A DNA stretch of 63,037 nucleotides, the filler included, from Octopus bimaculoides (Eukaryota), in the NCBI RefSeq assembly GCF_001194135.2. It is 4 parts of 4 records of this genome, joined end to end, with 100 filler letters (N's around TTAATTAATTAA, not from the genome) between each part and the next. Parts side by side here need not be neighbours in the genome. Positions count along the whole stretch, not along the records: positions 18,317 to 35,004 come from NC_068988.1; positions 35,105 to 60,996 come from NC_068985.1; 2 more parts are not named here. One strand, 5' to 3'. Below, piece after piece: positions 23,755 to 35,819 of this stretch; position 1 is the stretch's first letter; each line of letters opens with the position of its first letter. The notes below the pieces were generated by a model. It made no database searches. It saw only the letters and a list, made by a program, of their open reading frames with translations, and had not been told where the DNA came from. Both the position numbers and the translations under genes were made by a program.

Positions 23755-25784
23755 CAGGGGCGTGCACTCTCAGGTATGCGAGTTGCATGCTCCGTGATTT
23801 TTTATCGATATCATCGAAAAATTACATAAAATAGTTACTTTTTGTCTCAAAGAAACTCCGTCCAGGTTTTTTCAAAATATTCTGCCTCCCCTTCCCCCTC
23901 TCTTAGTGACTCGTATGTCTGCTTTGAGAATTGTTGCAAAGCTCGTTCCACTTTCTGACCCGAATCACAGCAATCCCATAATTCCTGAGTTAGCCATCTG
24001 AAATGGTGGAATAACTTGGCGGTAAGTTTGAATTTTTTTTTTATCCAAAACATCCGTTTGCATTATTATATTTTTGGAGTGTTCTGAAAAAAAATATATT
24101 ATCTATATNNNNNNNNNNNNNNNNNNNNNNNNNNNNNNNNNNNNNNNNNNNNNNNNNNNNNNNNNNNNNNNNNNNNNNNNNNNNNNNNNNNNNNNNNNNN
24201 NNNNNNNNNNNNNNNNNNNNNNNNNNNNNNNNNNNNNNNNNNNNNNNNNNNNNNNNNNNNNNNNNNNNNNNNNNNNNNNNNNNNNNNNNNNNNNNNNNNN
24301 NNNNNNNNNNNNNNNNNNNNNNNNNNNNNNNNNNNNNNNNNNNNNNNNNNNNNNNNNNNNNNNNNNNNNNNNNNNNNNNNNNNNNNNNNNNNNNNNNNNN
24401 NNNNNNNNNNNNNNNNNNNNNNNNNNNNNNNNNNNNNNNNNNNNNNNNNNNNNNNNNNNNNNNNNNNNNNNNNNNNNNNNNNNNNNNNNNNNNNNNNNNN
24501 NNNNNNNNNNNNNNNNNNNNNNNNNNNNNNNNNNNNNNNNNNNNNNNNNNNNNNNNNNNNNNNNNNNNNNNNNNNNNNNNNNNNNNNNNNNNNNNNNNNN
24601 NNNNNNNNNNNNNNNNNNNNNNNNNNNNNNNNNNNNNNNNNNNNNNNNNNNNNNNNNNNNNCCACTGCTTCTGTAGAGCGATCCTTTTCTGCATTAAGTA
24701 GAATCAAAGCATACCAAAGAAATGTGACAGGAGAAAGAAGACTGTCTTGGTTAGCACTAATGTCATTTGAAAAAGATTTATTACAACAATTGATGAAAAG
24801 AGAAGACTTCTATGAAAATATGATAGATATATTTGCCCAGAAAGATCGAAGAATTGAATTAATTTAGAAATTAGGTAAATAACATTTTAACGTAAGGTTC
24901 GACCTTCTTACATCAGTATTGTTTTGCAGGAGAAATGGTTCGACTTCTTCGTCACACCTAACCTACATAAGTTTTCCTTTCTGTGCTGCTGGGTATAGTC
25001 TATTTACGACCGTAAATAAGTGTCTTGTTTTAATCTCAGAGATGTTGACTTCTGCCACAACAGTTTTTTTTTTGAGGGGGGCTTTTTACAATGTTGAATT
25101 TTCGCTGTCTTTCATTGTGTGTGTATTCATGTATATGCGTGTATTTTCAATGTGTGTGCGTGAGACGTAGTCTTTTAATATACGGAGTTCAGTAAGTTTC
25201 AGAACAGTCTGCCTGAGTATCAATAATTTTCCTGGAATTGACAAGTAGCATGATATAGCACCTGACTTGTCTTCAATAGCGTAACTATCTAAAACCATGG
25301 CCATATAATGCAACTAAATGTGTTCTCTTTATTAAATCATTTCAAATTGATTCAGCTGAACCAATAGGTATAGGGGCTAATGCAGAATCGCACCCCTTTG
25401 AAAAACGAAATTTTGTGAAAATTTTTTTTCTGATTCCTACCTTTAACAGAGATTCTGAATATGCAAAAATATTAACAGAATCCAATTTCATCTTTATTCC
25501 ATTTCACTTATGATTTTTAGACATTTTTAAGGAAGAGCGAGGATGGGAAAGTTCTGACGTTTCAAAGAGAGAGAAAAATACAAACAATACACTTATTTCA
25601 GGCTCATCTCTACTGAGCCATTTTTATTCCCTGCTTATTCTAGGTCATACGGGGGTGATTGCATATTCAGAATCTTCCATATGTAAATCGTAGGAATACG
25701 AAAATTCTTTTACTGAAAAATTGCCAGGTGGGGTGGATAGAAATTCATTGCATGCCCAACCCCGGAAGTCACCGCACGCCACTG
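23755..25784 (+). mobile_element. hAT-Tip100-type element remnant (boundaries tentative)
   Basis: 24662-24870 encodes TASVERSFSALSRIKAYQRNVTGERRLSWLALMSFEK (hAT dimerisation domain). Ends CAGGGGCGTGC / GCACGCCACTG, with ATATATAT on both flanks. Confidence 0.65.
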
Positions 25785-27039
25785 ATATATATATAGGCAC
25801 AGCTATACTATAGGTATAGGTATATGTATATCATCATTTATAGCAAGCATCCACTATCAACTGTATGCTTGACAAATGCCACAGTGTTGTAGCTTTCTTA
25901 CAGTATATCCACGTTAAGTAAGTTATACTGATTACTATTCTTAACAGTTACTGCATTTGTTGCTAATATCGAATGTTTACCCAGTCCATCAGCTATTTAT
26001 GACATCAGTGATTTGTTACACACTGTTTTTCTATATCATTAGGGACAAAATTTATATATGCAGGTGGTTGATAGTGGATACTAATTATTGATGTTGTGCA
26101 TGCAGAAGTCCCAGATCGAATAATTCAGTCACTACTGCTGGACACTTTGTATCTGTTACTGATACTTCTGTGCTATATGTCTACACAAGATACTTTCCCA
26201 AGGTGAATCATTCAACACAGTAGTGGTTGAATATATTCTTAAGTCCACCATTTCGTCAATAGCAGCAGCTTCCAAGCTTCACCACTAATTCAGTTCTCAA
26301 CAAAATTGCAAACTGTTAATATTTTTAAAGAGGACACCTCCTCAGCTACACTTTGGTATAAATAGTTTGCAATTTAGTTCGTAGAAAAAAAGTTACATCA
26401 AAATATGTCAGACCTCGAGTGGGCAGTAAGGCAGATATTCATCTTCAATTAGCATAAAGTTTTTAATTTTAAATTAAAAGTATACCTTTCTTAGGCTTAA
26501 ATGATAGGAAAATGCATGAGGAACTCAGAATCATTAGTCGCATTGAACACAAATTAGTACAAAAACAGTAATGAGGTAAAATGTCAGTAAGTAAAGAAGT
26601 AACACTTAAGCAATAAGAATAAAGAATATATTTCTAAAATGAATAATTAACTCTAGGGTGGTGAGCTGACAGAACTGTTAGGGTGCAATGCTTATCTGTC
26701 TTTACATTTTGAGTTCAAATTTCACCAAAGTCGACTTTGACGTACAGATTATTTAATTAGTTTTTTTTTTAACTAAACACTTTCAAACTTCCAATACTGG
26801 TAGAATGTGTCACATTGAACAGGGTTTACTCTTAACGTTTTTGACTAAATTTTGTATTTTAGAAGTTATTTCGTCAGAAGTTACAGAGTGACAATGGACA
26901 AATTCGTGTTTGATAAATGCCAATACACAAAACTCTCAGCTTTTGACTTACTCTCGAACTTCTGTTTTTGATATATATACGTATTACATATATATGTAAA
27001 AAAAATCTCATCATGCAATCAAACCAATGAAAGAGCCTC

Positions 27040-27216
27040 TACCTGGTCGCTCGACACACTAAAAATAGCAGCCAAAGTATTCCCCTACCTAAATTGCACA
27101 ACCATTGTATGTAATGTCCTAGATTATCCCTAAAAAGACGGTTTGCTGAAGGCTGGAATGTCTTTTATGATAGGTTTGCAGTATCAGGGTTGATTTGAGG
27201 CTAAATAACAACAACA
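27040..27216 (+). mobile_element. Dispersed retroposon 3' segment (family D) ending in (AAC)n
   Basis: CTGGTCGCTCGAC..AAATAGCAGCCAAA..GGCTGGAATGTCTTTTATGATAGG..GGCTAAATAACAACAAC; related copy at 29000-29200. Confidence 0.55.
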
Positions 27217-27744
27217 TTATGGTCAATTTCTATATTAACACCTGTACGATTTTCACTAAGAAAAAAAAAAAAAAATTGATATTTTGTGTGGAATCAAGTA
27301 CCCTGACCTCCTAATATGCTGCAAATCCCTTATTTTGCTTCGGAAAAAATGAGGTGGGGGCGTTCCTCCCACCAATCCTGGAATCATTGGAAATTTTTTT
27401 TTTGGGTAAATGAATTCCTGTAACCACCTAATATTGCAAAATTAGGTTACTTAAGGTGAGCCTGGTAACTGATGGTTTGGGGGTCTTGTTTGTAACTTTT
27501 GATGAGCTATGGTGCAACCAACAACATGGTAAAATTCCCTGCCACTAATTTGGTGTGGATGGGTAATATCAAATAATTCAATAACAACATATATTTAAAT
27601 TAAACGTGAAAAAAATTGAAATATCATCATCACTTACATGGAAAAATTGAAATATTGTCTTTCAGTATTTTATAAGGTAAAATCTTATTAATTGACACAT
27701 TATTAATTATCTCATAGCTGCAATACCTGGAAAAATCATGGATG

Positions 27745-28230
27745 ACATGGAAAAATGCGAGCATGAAAAGTAATATTCTCAAGATTATACACCTGGAAAA
27801 GTATAGGACAAGTGATTACTTCTAGTAAAGTAAAGAATAAGAAACTTTTTACTTAAAATATTGCAGCTAAAATTAAAATTTGAATATTAAAACTTATTTT
27901 ATTATAGTTTACAAATAACATTATACTTATTTAAATAGAATTTGGCTAATTTACTACCTTAAATACAGATATAAGTGACTAATTAGACAAACTTACAAAT
28001 TAGCTGAACAATTTTGTACAATAAAATTAAAAGATGAAAATTGTAAAGAGTGATAAATTAGAAGAACTGGCATTCTTTGCCAAAATATTTTAAGTAAAAA
28101 GTTTCTTATTCTTTACTTTACTTTAAGTAATAGTTTGTCCTGTACTTTTCCAGGTGTAACAACTTGTCCTGTACTTTTCCAGGTTTATAATCTTAAGTCT
28201 ATGACTATTCATGCTCGTATTTTTCCATGT
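27745..28230. mobile_element. Foldback element with about 120-150-bp inverted arms
   Basis: 27745-27862 is the reverse complement of 28084-28230. The right arm carries an internal duplication of TTGTCCTGTACTTTTCCAGGT. Confidence 0.8.
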
Positions 28231-28337
28231 AGTACCACAGTTGTGTAGCCATATTACAATATATCCACCTCAAGTAAGTCACACAGAATGTTATTTTGAA
28301 ATAATATTGCTTTCAACAGTCATATATATTTATATTT

Positions 28338-28473
28338 GATGGGCTTCCATCTACCAAATCCACTCACAAAGTTTGGGTCAGCCCAAGGCAATAGTGGACG
28401 ACACTTGCCACACAGTAGGATTGAACCCAGAATCATGTGGTTGAAAAGCAAACTTCTTACCAAATAGCCACAG
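28338..28473 (-). mobile_element. SINE family B, 5' part
   Basis: CTACCAAATCCACTCACAAAG..GACACTTGCC..GAACCCAGAATCATGTGG matches the reverse complement of the head. Confidence 0.8.
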
Positions 28474-28489
28474 AGTTTTATCACAGATT

Positions 28490-28740
28490 TATCACCACCA
28501 CCACCACTGCCGCTGCCACCACTACCACTACCAGCACAACAACAACAACAGCAACAACAATAACAACCAGAGAAATTACAACAACCTCAATTACCATACA
28601 TGTAATAATTGCAACATCACCAACACCATCATCACTACAGCATCAACACTACAGCATCAAAACTACCACAACTACTACCACTACCACCACCACCACCACA
28701 AACAACTTCACCAGCACCAGCACCACCTCCAACAATATCA
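28490..28740. repeat. Compound (ACC/ACA/ACT)n trinucleotide low-complexity tract
   Basis: Direct reading. Confidence 0.9.
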
Positions 28741-28999
28741 GCAATGAACTTTAACAGACCATTGCTAATCTAAATCTGTTTATCAAGCAATTAACTTTAT
28801 CCTTAGTAATTAATGTCATGTTTATAATTAATATCAAGTTGTTGTTGTTGTTGTTGGAAAATTTGATGATGATGTTCTTATTATGGTAGTTGTTAGAGGA
28901 TTTGATGCTATTATAGTTGTCTGAAGGTTAAGAAATTTCTGATGCAATGTGTAAAGTTTACTCATACATGCATACAAAACAACAAAAGCAACAAATACT

Positions 29000-29200
29000 A
29001 CTGGTCAAGCTGCTAGAAATAGCAAGCAAATTTTCCTCAAATTACATCCTGTCATCTTGAAAAATGGATGCACATATTGAATAACGTAGCCCTGAATATA
29101 GAACACCTGGGAGAAGGAAATGTTGGTCATGACTGGAATGCCTTTGATCACAAGTCTGGGACTTGATCGTAGGTCAGGGCTTGCTTGGGGTTGAATGAGA
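29000..29200 (+). mobile_element. Family D retroposon 3' segment
   Basis: CTGGTCAAGCTGCTAGAAATAGCAAGCAAA..GACTGGAATGCCTTTGATC..TCAGGGCTTGCTTGGGG; similar to 27040-27216. Confidence 0.55.
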
Positions 29201-29277
29201 AAACATACAAGGGCAGTAACAACAGCAACAACAATAACAACATCATGAATACGGATAGTGAATATATCATTAACATT

Positions 29278-29668
29278 TGTTGTTGTTGTTGGCAGTCCGT
29301 CGCTTACAACGTCGAGGGTTCCAGTTGATTGGATCAACGGAACAGCCTGCTCGTGAAATTAACGTGCAAGTGGCTGAGCACTCCACAGACACGTGTACCC
29401 TTAACGTAGTTCTCGGGGATATTCAGCGTGACACAGTGTGACAAGGCTGACCCTTTGAATTACAGGCACAACAGAAACAGGAAGTAAGAGCGAGAGAAAG
29501 TTGTGGTGAAAGAGTACAGCAGGGTTCGCCACCATCCCCTGCCGGAGCCTCGTGGAGCTTTAGGTGTTTTCGCTTAATAAACACTCACAACGCCCGGTCT
29601 GGGAATCGAAACCGCGATCCTATGACCGTGAGTTCACTGCCCTAACCACTGGGCCATTGCACCTCCAC
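29278..29668 (-). mobile_element. SINE family C variant 2, full length, (AAC)n tail
   Basis: Minus head GTGGAGGTGCAATGGCCCAGTGG..GGTTTCGATTCCC. Shares its 5' body with the 11350 copy but has a different 3' half. Confidence 0.9.
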
Positions 29669-29727
29669 ATCATCAACATTAGTAAGAGCTAAACCAGCAA
29701 CTATACCATCATCAACAATAATAATAC

Positions 29728-30148
29728 TAATTTCAAATTTTGGTACCAGGCCAGCAATTTTCAGAGAAGCTGATAAGTTGATTACATCAGCCCTAGTACT
29801 CAACTGGTACTTATTTTATCAACCTCAAAAGGATGAAAAGCAAAGTCCACCATGGCAGAATTTGAACTCAGAATGTTAAGACAGACGAAATGCCACTAAG
29901 CATTTTGCCTGGTGTGCTAATGATTCTGCCAACTTAAACTGGTTTCAAATTTTGGTACAAGACCAGTAATATCGAGGGCTGGGATAAGTCAACTACATTG
30001 ACTCAAGTACTCAATTGGTATTTATTTTATGAACCCTGAAAGGATGAAATCAAAGCTGACCTTGGTAGAATTTGACCTCAGAATGTAAAGATGGACGAAA
30101 TACCACCAAGCATTTTGCTTGGCATGCTAACAATTCTACCAGCGTTAA
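29728..30148 (-). mobile_element. Two head-to-tail SINE family A copies (29728-29936, 29937-30148)
   Basis: Both align to the family A reverse complement and are divergent from each other. Confidence 0.85.
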
Positions 30149-30294
30149 ATAATATCAATATTAACAATATAAACAACCATGTAGACGTTTAGAATTTCTT
30201 GTGTATGGTGCTCATTCAAGGTTTCTAGAAGATACTCTTTATGAAAGCCTAGAAAGCTCACACCATGCATGAAACTCTAAGTAGCTTACACAAA

Positions 30295-30620
30295 TAAATC
30301 ATCATCAACATCATCATCAACATCATCATCCTTTCCCATGTTCACTCCACTTCTGGACGAGTGCCTCAACAGCTTCTCTCTATCAACTACGGTCTGATGT
30401 TTTCCTCATCTCTGTTTGGGTGTTGAAGAAGTTCATTCCAACTTCTGCATGGCCTCCTTTTTTTCTGGATGTGGTGTCCACTCTATCAAATTGTTATTTC
30501 ATACATTTATCCTTTCTTCTAAACATGTCCCACTCAAGACTATTTCAGGCTTTTTATTTTCCAGATAATATTCATTAAACCTGTTGTCACTCATATCCTG
30601 TTGTTTCTCTACTTATCTAT
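30295..30620 (-). mobile_element. Old RTE LINE 3' end
   Basis: Minus translation with stops: IIWKIKSLK..GHV, LIEWTPHPEKK-GRPCRSWNE, VEALVQKW, then an (ATG)n tail. Confidence 0.7.
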
Positions 30621-30652
30621 ATTAAAACGAAGTCAAATATATACAGACTGAG

Positions 30653-30890
30653 GAGGCATGTGACTTAGTAGTTAAGGTATTGCATTCATAATCCTAGGAT
30701 TATGGTTTCAATTCCTGAACTGGATGATCCATTATGTTTTTCTGCAAAGCACTTCATTTCAAATTATTCCAGTTTACTCAGCTGGCAAAAATGAGTAATC
30801 CTGTGACAGACCATCATCTCAGTGGGGAATGTCTATGCCACAGAATCTGGGAAACTGGTCTTATGAGTCTATGGCATCCTGATGGCATCC
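30653..30890 (+). mobile_element. Degenerate tRNA-headed SINE
   Basis: GGAGGCATGTGACTTAGTAG (A box-like) and GGTTTCAATTCC (B box-like); 3' part resembles family C variant 1 (GGAAACTGGTCTTATGAG). Confidence 0.6.
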
Positions 30891-31415
30891 TGGAACCTGG
30901 GGTTTGTTGTTTATTTTTCTGTTGCATTTCATTATTTATACAATTAAACCTTGGGAGAGGCATTATGCTGGTAGTAAACACACGCACTGGTTCAGTCCTT
31001 TATTAATTTATATAGTTTTTTGTTAAATTATTTCATTGCACTCTTGCAATCTCTTCAGTAACTTGTCTGTCCACTTCCATTTATTTTGAATGTATGATCT
31101 GGCGTTGCTTTGGCGTTGTTTCGAAACTGTTTGGTATGAGCATGTGAGTGTGTGCAAGCTCGTATGTGTGCACGCTCATATGTGTACACGCACTCATGTG
31201 TTCATGCTTATATGTAAGTATGTGCGTCCATATGTGTGTTTGTAACAATTTCGTTTATATCAGATCAGATAGAGACTTTTTAATTAATTTATTTACGTTC
31301 ATATTCCGCATCATATGTGTGAACAACACATGCAACCATGGGCAATTGTAAGGCCCTCATCTACATGTATTTGGTGTTTAAAATTGGTTGCATTCCATTA
31401 TTTATGTTTGCCTTA

Positions 31416-31615
31416 AAGGAGGCAAACTGGCAGAATTGTTAGCATGCTGGTTGAAATGCTTAGTGGCATTTTGCCCATTGCTCCACTCTGGGTTCAAATT
31501 GCTTTTCATCCTTTCGGGGTCAATAAATTAAGTACCAGTGAAACACTGGGGTCTATGTAATCAACTAGTCCCCTCCTCAAAAATTTCAGGCCTTGTGACT
31601 TTGTAGAAAGAATTA
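31416..31615 (+). mobile_element. SINE family A
   Basis: Head plus core TTTCATCCTTTCGGGGTCAATAAATTAAGTACCAG. Confidence 0.85.
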
Positions 31616-31789
31616 CTTATATTTTCTGGTTTTTGCTTATCTCCTTCATTTAATGTGTGTTTTATGCTACTAAATGTGAGTAACCAAGCAGCAATTCTAC
31701 AAGAACCTACTCTGCTACCCCTCTCATATCTCATACTTTAATCCCACATCCCCAAGCATAAAGCTGACCCCTTTCTCCCATGAAGTTTG

Positions 31790-31995
31790 TTGTCTTGTGA
31801 GCTACATTGCATCTTCAAGGGTGCAGGTAAAATGATAAAAAGCAGTACCCATATGCTGTAAAGCGGTCTGCATTAGGAACGGCATCCAGCCATAGAAACC
31901 ACACCAAAGCAGACACTGGAGCAGTGTGAAGTCCTTGAACCCATCAGATCCCATCTCACCATCCAGCCCATGCCAGCATGGAACATGGACATTAA

Positions 31996-32027
<32 letters not shown>
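31790..32027 (+). mobile_element. Older RTE-tailed retroposon 3' part
   Basis: TTAGGAACGGCATCCAGCC..CCCATGCCAGCATGGAACATGGACATTAAATGATGATG; similar to 21700-21858. Confidence 0.75.
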
Positions 32028-32028
<1 letters not shown>

Positions 32029-32302
32029 CTCATATTGTAATAACTAGCTCTCTGCCTTAATATAAATTTCATGTTCTTTGTCTCTGTGACTTCTATTGGG
32101 CACAGTTTCAGTATCGGCTTTGTGGCCTTCGAAAGAAGTTCATTTCAACAACACACACTAACTGCAGATCATATCCTGCTAAACCAGTTTCAACCACTCT
32201 CTCATACTGCAACAGAAAAGTCACTGTTAGTCATATTTCTATGACACGCCTGATGTTCTTTAATGTAATTCTTGTACTTCTTTAACCCATACATTATGTC
32301 AC

Positions 32303-32929
32303 TCTGCTGTACGGGTGTGAAACTTGGACTGTTTACCGTGAGGACATGAAGAAACTAGAGCGCTTCCATCAATCCAAACTTCGTTCTATCCTGAACATCA
32401 ACTGGGAAGATCACATCACCAATAACTCTGTGCTTGAAAGATTAGGTCTCCTGAGCATCGAAGCCTTGATCATTGAACATCGTCTCCGATGGTCAGGTCA
32501 CGTCCGTCGGATGAATGAACACCACCTTCCCAAGATCTGTCTCTACGGTGAACTGTCTGAAGGAAAACGCCCTCGTGGAGCCCCCTTGAGGCGGTACAAG
32601 GACCAACTCAAATCAACCTTGAAAAGCACCAACATCGACCCTGCACACTGGGAGGATATCTTGGCAAACAGACCCCTCTGGAGACACAGCATCAAAACGG
32701 GTTCAGCGGACTTCGAGAAAGCCCAAGTCGCAAGAGCTGAACTTAAGAGACGGGAGAGAAAGCAGCGCCTTCTCCTTCCCAAACCAACCCCTTCTATCCC
32801 TTGTCCACAATGTCCCTGTATGTTTCATGCAACCCTTGGATTGTGGAGCCATCTGCGGTTCAAACACCCAGGAAAATGAACTGGATTGCAAACTCGGAAA
32901 CATGAAACACAGCCAGCTACTACTACTAC
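32303..32929 (+). mobile_element. 5'-truncated RTE (BovB-like) LINE with open ORF2 C-terminus and TSD
   Basis: LLYGCETWTVY..RLRWSGHVRRM..LYGEL..GKRPRGAP..CPQCPCMFHATLGLWSHLRFKH (C2H2 finger), stop at 32879, (CTA)n tail. TSD TATGTCAC at 32295-32302 and 32930-32937. Confidence 0.95.
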
Positions 32930-33029
32930 TATGTCACAAAAGTAAAGTCAGCAATAAATTTGATAGTTTCAGTCTGTATTTTGGTTGCATCTTCAATTTT
33001 AAAGGTACAGCAGATAGCATCATTGCTTT

Positions 33030-33600
33030 TGCCTTGGTAAGAAGCTTGCCTCCCAACCTTGTGGTTCCAGGTTTAGTCCCACAGTGTAGCACTTTTGGCA
33101 AATGTCTGTCTTCTGTAATAGTCCTGGGCTGGCCAAAGCCTTGAGAGCAGATTTGGTAAATGGAAACAGAAAGAAGCCTGTCATGTCCGTGTGTGTGTGT
33201 GTGTGTATGTTAGTGTGTGTGTGTGTGTGTATGTTAGTGTGTGTGTGTGTGTGCATGTACGTGTGTGAGTGTATGTGTGTGTGTATGTCTGAGTGTGTGT
33301 ATGTATGTATGTAGTATGTGTGTATGTATGTGTGCATGTATGTCTGTATGTTTGTGTCTCCTTGTTTTGACATCATGTGGTAATTGTAAACGAGTGTCAC
33401 TGTCATATAAGCAGTGTCATTCATTTCCAGCTTCTAATATTCTGCAACAACATGCTTGGCCATGGGGAAATATGACCTTGCTTGGTGACAAGTGAGGGTT
33501 GTTGAGAGGAAAGGCATCTGGCCACAGAGAATCAGAGAATCTGCCTCAGTATATCTGTCCAATTCATGAAAGCATAGAAAACTAGATGTTAAAATGATTA
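33030..33600 (+). mobile_element. SINE family B variant with RTE-type 3' tail
   Basis: Family B head and core, then (TG)n, then GGGGAAATATGACCTTGCTTGG..GAGGAAAGGCATCTGGCC..GCATAGAAAACTAGATGTTAAAATGAT. Confidence 0.75.
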
Positions 33601-33636
33601 TGATAATTTCTCCCAATATGTCCTACTTTCACTTTA

Positions 33637-33900
33637 GTAGACATGTTCAAGTATCTGGGTTTCATTATTAACTAAAAACAGCCAACTGCAGCCAGGAAAT
33701 CAGAGCAAGATTTAGTGAAGGAAGGTCAACCCCTAGGTCACTCAAATATATTATGGAGACACTGCACTCTCAACATAAACAACAAGCTGAAACTTCTGTG
33801 TTGGGAACATGGATACTGAAGGTTTAAAATGTGAAAGGGAAAAAAGATTATAGGTATGATAGAAGAGACAAATAACAGAATAGTAGGATAGTCAGTAGGG
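33637..33900 (+). mobile_element. Degenerate RTE ORF2 fragment
   Basis: VDMFKYLGFII, CSQEIRARF and LWRHCTLNINNKLKLL match the RTE FKYLGS / EIRARI region. Confidence 0.7.
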
Positions 33901-34105
33901 TAGTATAGTGGGACGGAATTAGTGACTGAGGTTAATGAAAAAACGCTGGAGATAGGGTGCAAAGGTACTAAGATAAGCTGTGTTGAAGGATCCTCAAAAT
34001 ACATAGTCAAGTCTTTCACCAATTAGCTTCAAATCTAAAGTTATTGTGCAAATCAAGAATCAAGAAGGGCTCAGATATCTATCTATCTATCTGTCTGTCT
34101 GTCTG

Positions 34106-34149
<44 letters not shown>

Positions 34150-34195
34150 CATATATATACATACGTATTCACACACACACACACACATACACACA

Positions 34196-34782
34196 TGAGG
34201 GGTTACCCAAAAGTAATCAGAAACGTTCTCTGTGGGACAAGCCCATTGTAGTTTGGGCTTCCACCACTAGGAGGCACTTCATGGAACCCTCAGGCATCAG
34301 TCTACCAACTGGCGTTGTCTGTAACAGTCATACTTCCACATAATGTGTCTTTGTTTTGCAATGCTTCTCCCCTGTTCATCAATTTTTGTGATGGCTGAAA
34401 TGAAAGAACAGCATAGTTCTGTGAAGTTGTTTTCTGTTGGGTAGAAAAAAGGTGGCTGAAACAGTTGTCATGCTTCAAGCAACTTATAAGAATGTTGCCA
34501 AGTTTATGAGTGGTTTTCATGCTTCAGGAATGGTCACTTGTCGCTTGAAGACCAACCTTGTTCAGGGTGACGGTTGACTTCCTGAACAAAAATAAACATC
34601 ATAAAGATTCATGAACTGATTTTGGAGGACCATCACTGAACAATTGACGAACCTGTTGATATGATTGGTGTGTCCTGAAGCCTCTTCCAACGAATTTTGA
34701 GCAAAGAATTGCGAATGAAAAGAGTTGCAGCAAAATGTGTGCCTCACTTGCTCTTGGTAGTTCAAAAGCAGTCAAGACTGAA
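34196..34782 (+). mobile_element. Mariner 5' half (TIR plus N-terminal transposase)
   Basis: TIR-like TGAGGGGTTACCCAAAAGTAA; MAEMKEQ, AETVVMLQATY, EWFSCFRNGHLSLEDQPCSG, ILSKELRMKRVAAKCVPHLL. Confidence 0.85.
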
Positions 34783-35004
34783 GGAAGGTTGGCATTGGTG
34801 CCAGTCAACGAATTTGGTTCAATTTTCGATTTCGATTGCCTCAACAGGTCTTCGCAAGCAGGGTTTTGTGTCCAAAGAAGGAAAGGTACGCATAAGTGGG
34901 CTGGCTACACCCCTGGTAAAGGCCACGGGTTATGATCTCACTTGTCTTGCCGGATCTTCTTCTCATGCACAGCATATTTCCAAAGGTCTCAGTCAATATA
35001 TATA

Positions 35005-35104
35005 NNNNNNNNNNNNNNNNNNNNNNNNNNNNNNNNNNNNNNNNNNNNTTAATTAATTAANNNNNNNNNNNNNNNNNNNNNNNNNNNNNNNNNNNNNNNN
35101 NNNN
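35005..35104. other. Artificial scaffold linker (44N-TTAATTAATTAA-44N)
   Basis: Identical to the 18217 linker. Confidence 0.95.
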
Positions 35105-35400
35105 ACACGTTCCGTTATCACACACACTCGCAGACTCTCGCGCACGCACAGATATTCATCTCCCTTTTTCACTCTCCTGTCTTAGAAAGAACTTTTCCCC
35201 CACCACCTCCTCTTCCGGTCTTTTCACAATGTAACCTCGTGGGCATCGGTACCATTTTCCTCTTTCTCCGTTTTTTCCATTCTCCGAACTTTCCATCTTT
35301 CCGACGAAGGGCTACGCCCGAAACGTCATGCTATCTCTCTTTCCTTTCCCGAGCGTCCAATAACACTATCCGTATCACGTCCTCACTTTGTTGTTTTTTG
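35105..35400 (+). mobile_element. Probable Penelope-type terminal repeat containing a degenerate hammerhead motif
   Basis: CCGACGA-A-GGGC-TAC-GCCC-GAAACGTC at 35301-35327 within a pyrimidine-rich segment. Family assignment is inferred. Confidence 0.5.
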
Positions 35401-35608
35401 TTATTGTTTTTTTTTGAACCTATATATATATATAAGTGATATACGTACTCATGTACTACCCTTCTGTATATATATGTACATACCTAATTTTGTTTGTATA
35501 TATTTTACCAATTTGCCTGCACGGTTCAGAATTCGCTTACCACTCGTGATGGTATTTTAATAATATCATCCCTATATATATGTAATCACCAGTTAATTAA
35601 AATTATGC

Positions 35609-35819
35609 TCTACTCTAGGCACAAAGCCCGGACGTTTGTGGGAGGGAACCAGTCGATTAGATCGACCTCAGTACGCAACTGGTACTTAATTTATCAACCT
35701 CGAAAGGATGAAAGACAAAGTAGACATCGGCGGAATTTGAACTCAGAACATAAAGTCAGACGAAATACCTCTAGGCATTTCCTCCGGCGGGTTAAAGTTT
35801 TTGTCATCTCGCCGCCTTA
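35609..35819 (-). mobile_element. SINE family A
   Basis: Reverse-complement alignment to the 6904 copy. Confidence 0.85.

Noticed and set aside
28437-28754. Thr-rich ORF as a mucin
   Set aside because: It begins in a SINE B fragment and runs through a compound trinucleotide tract with no splice or start context.
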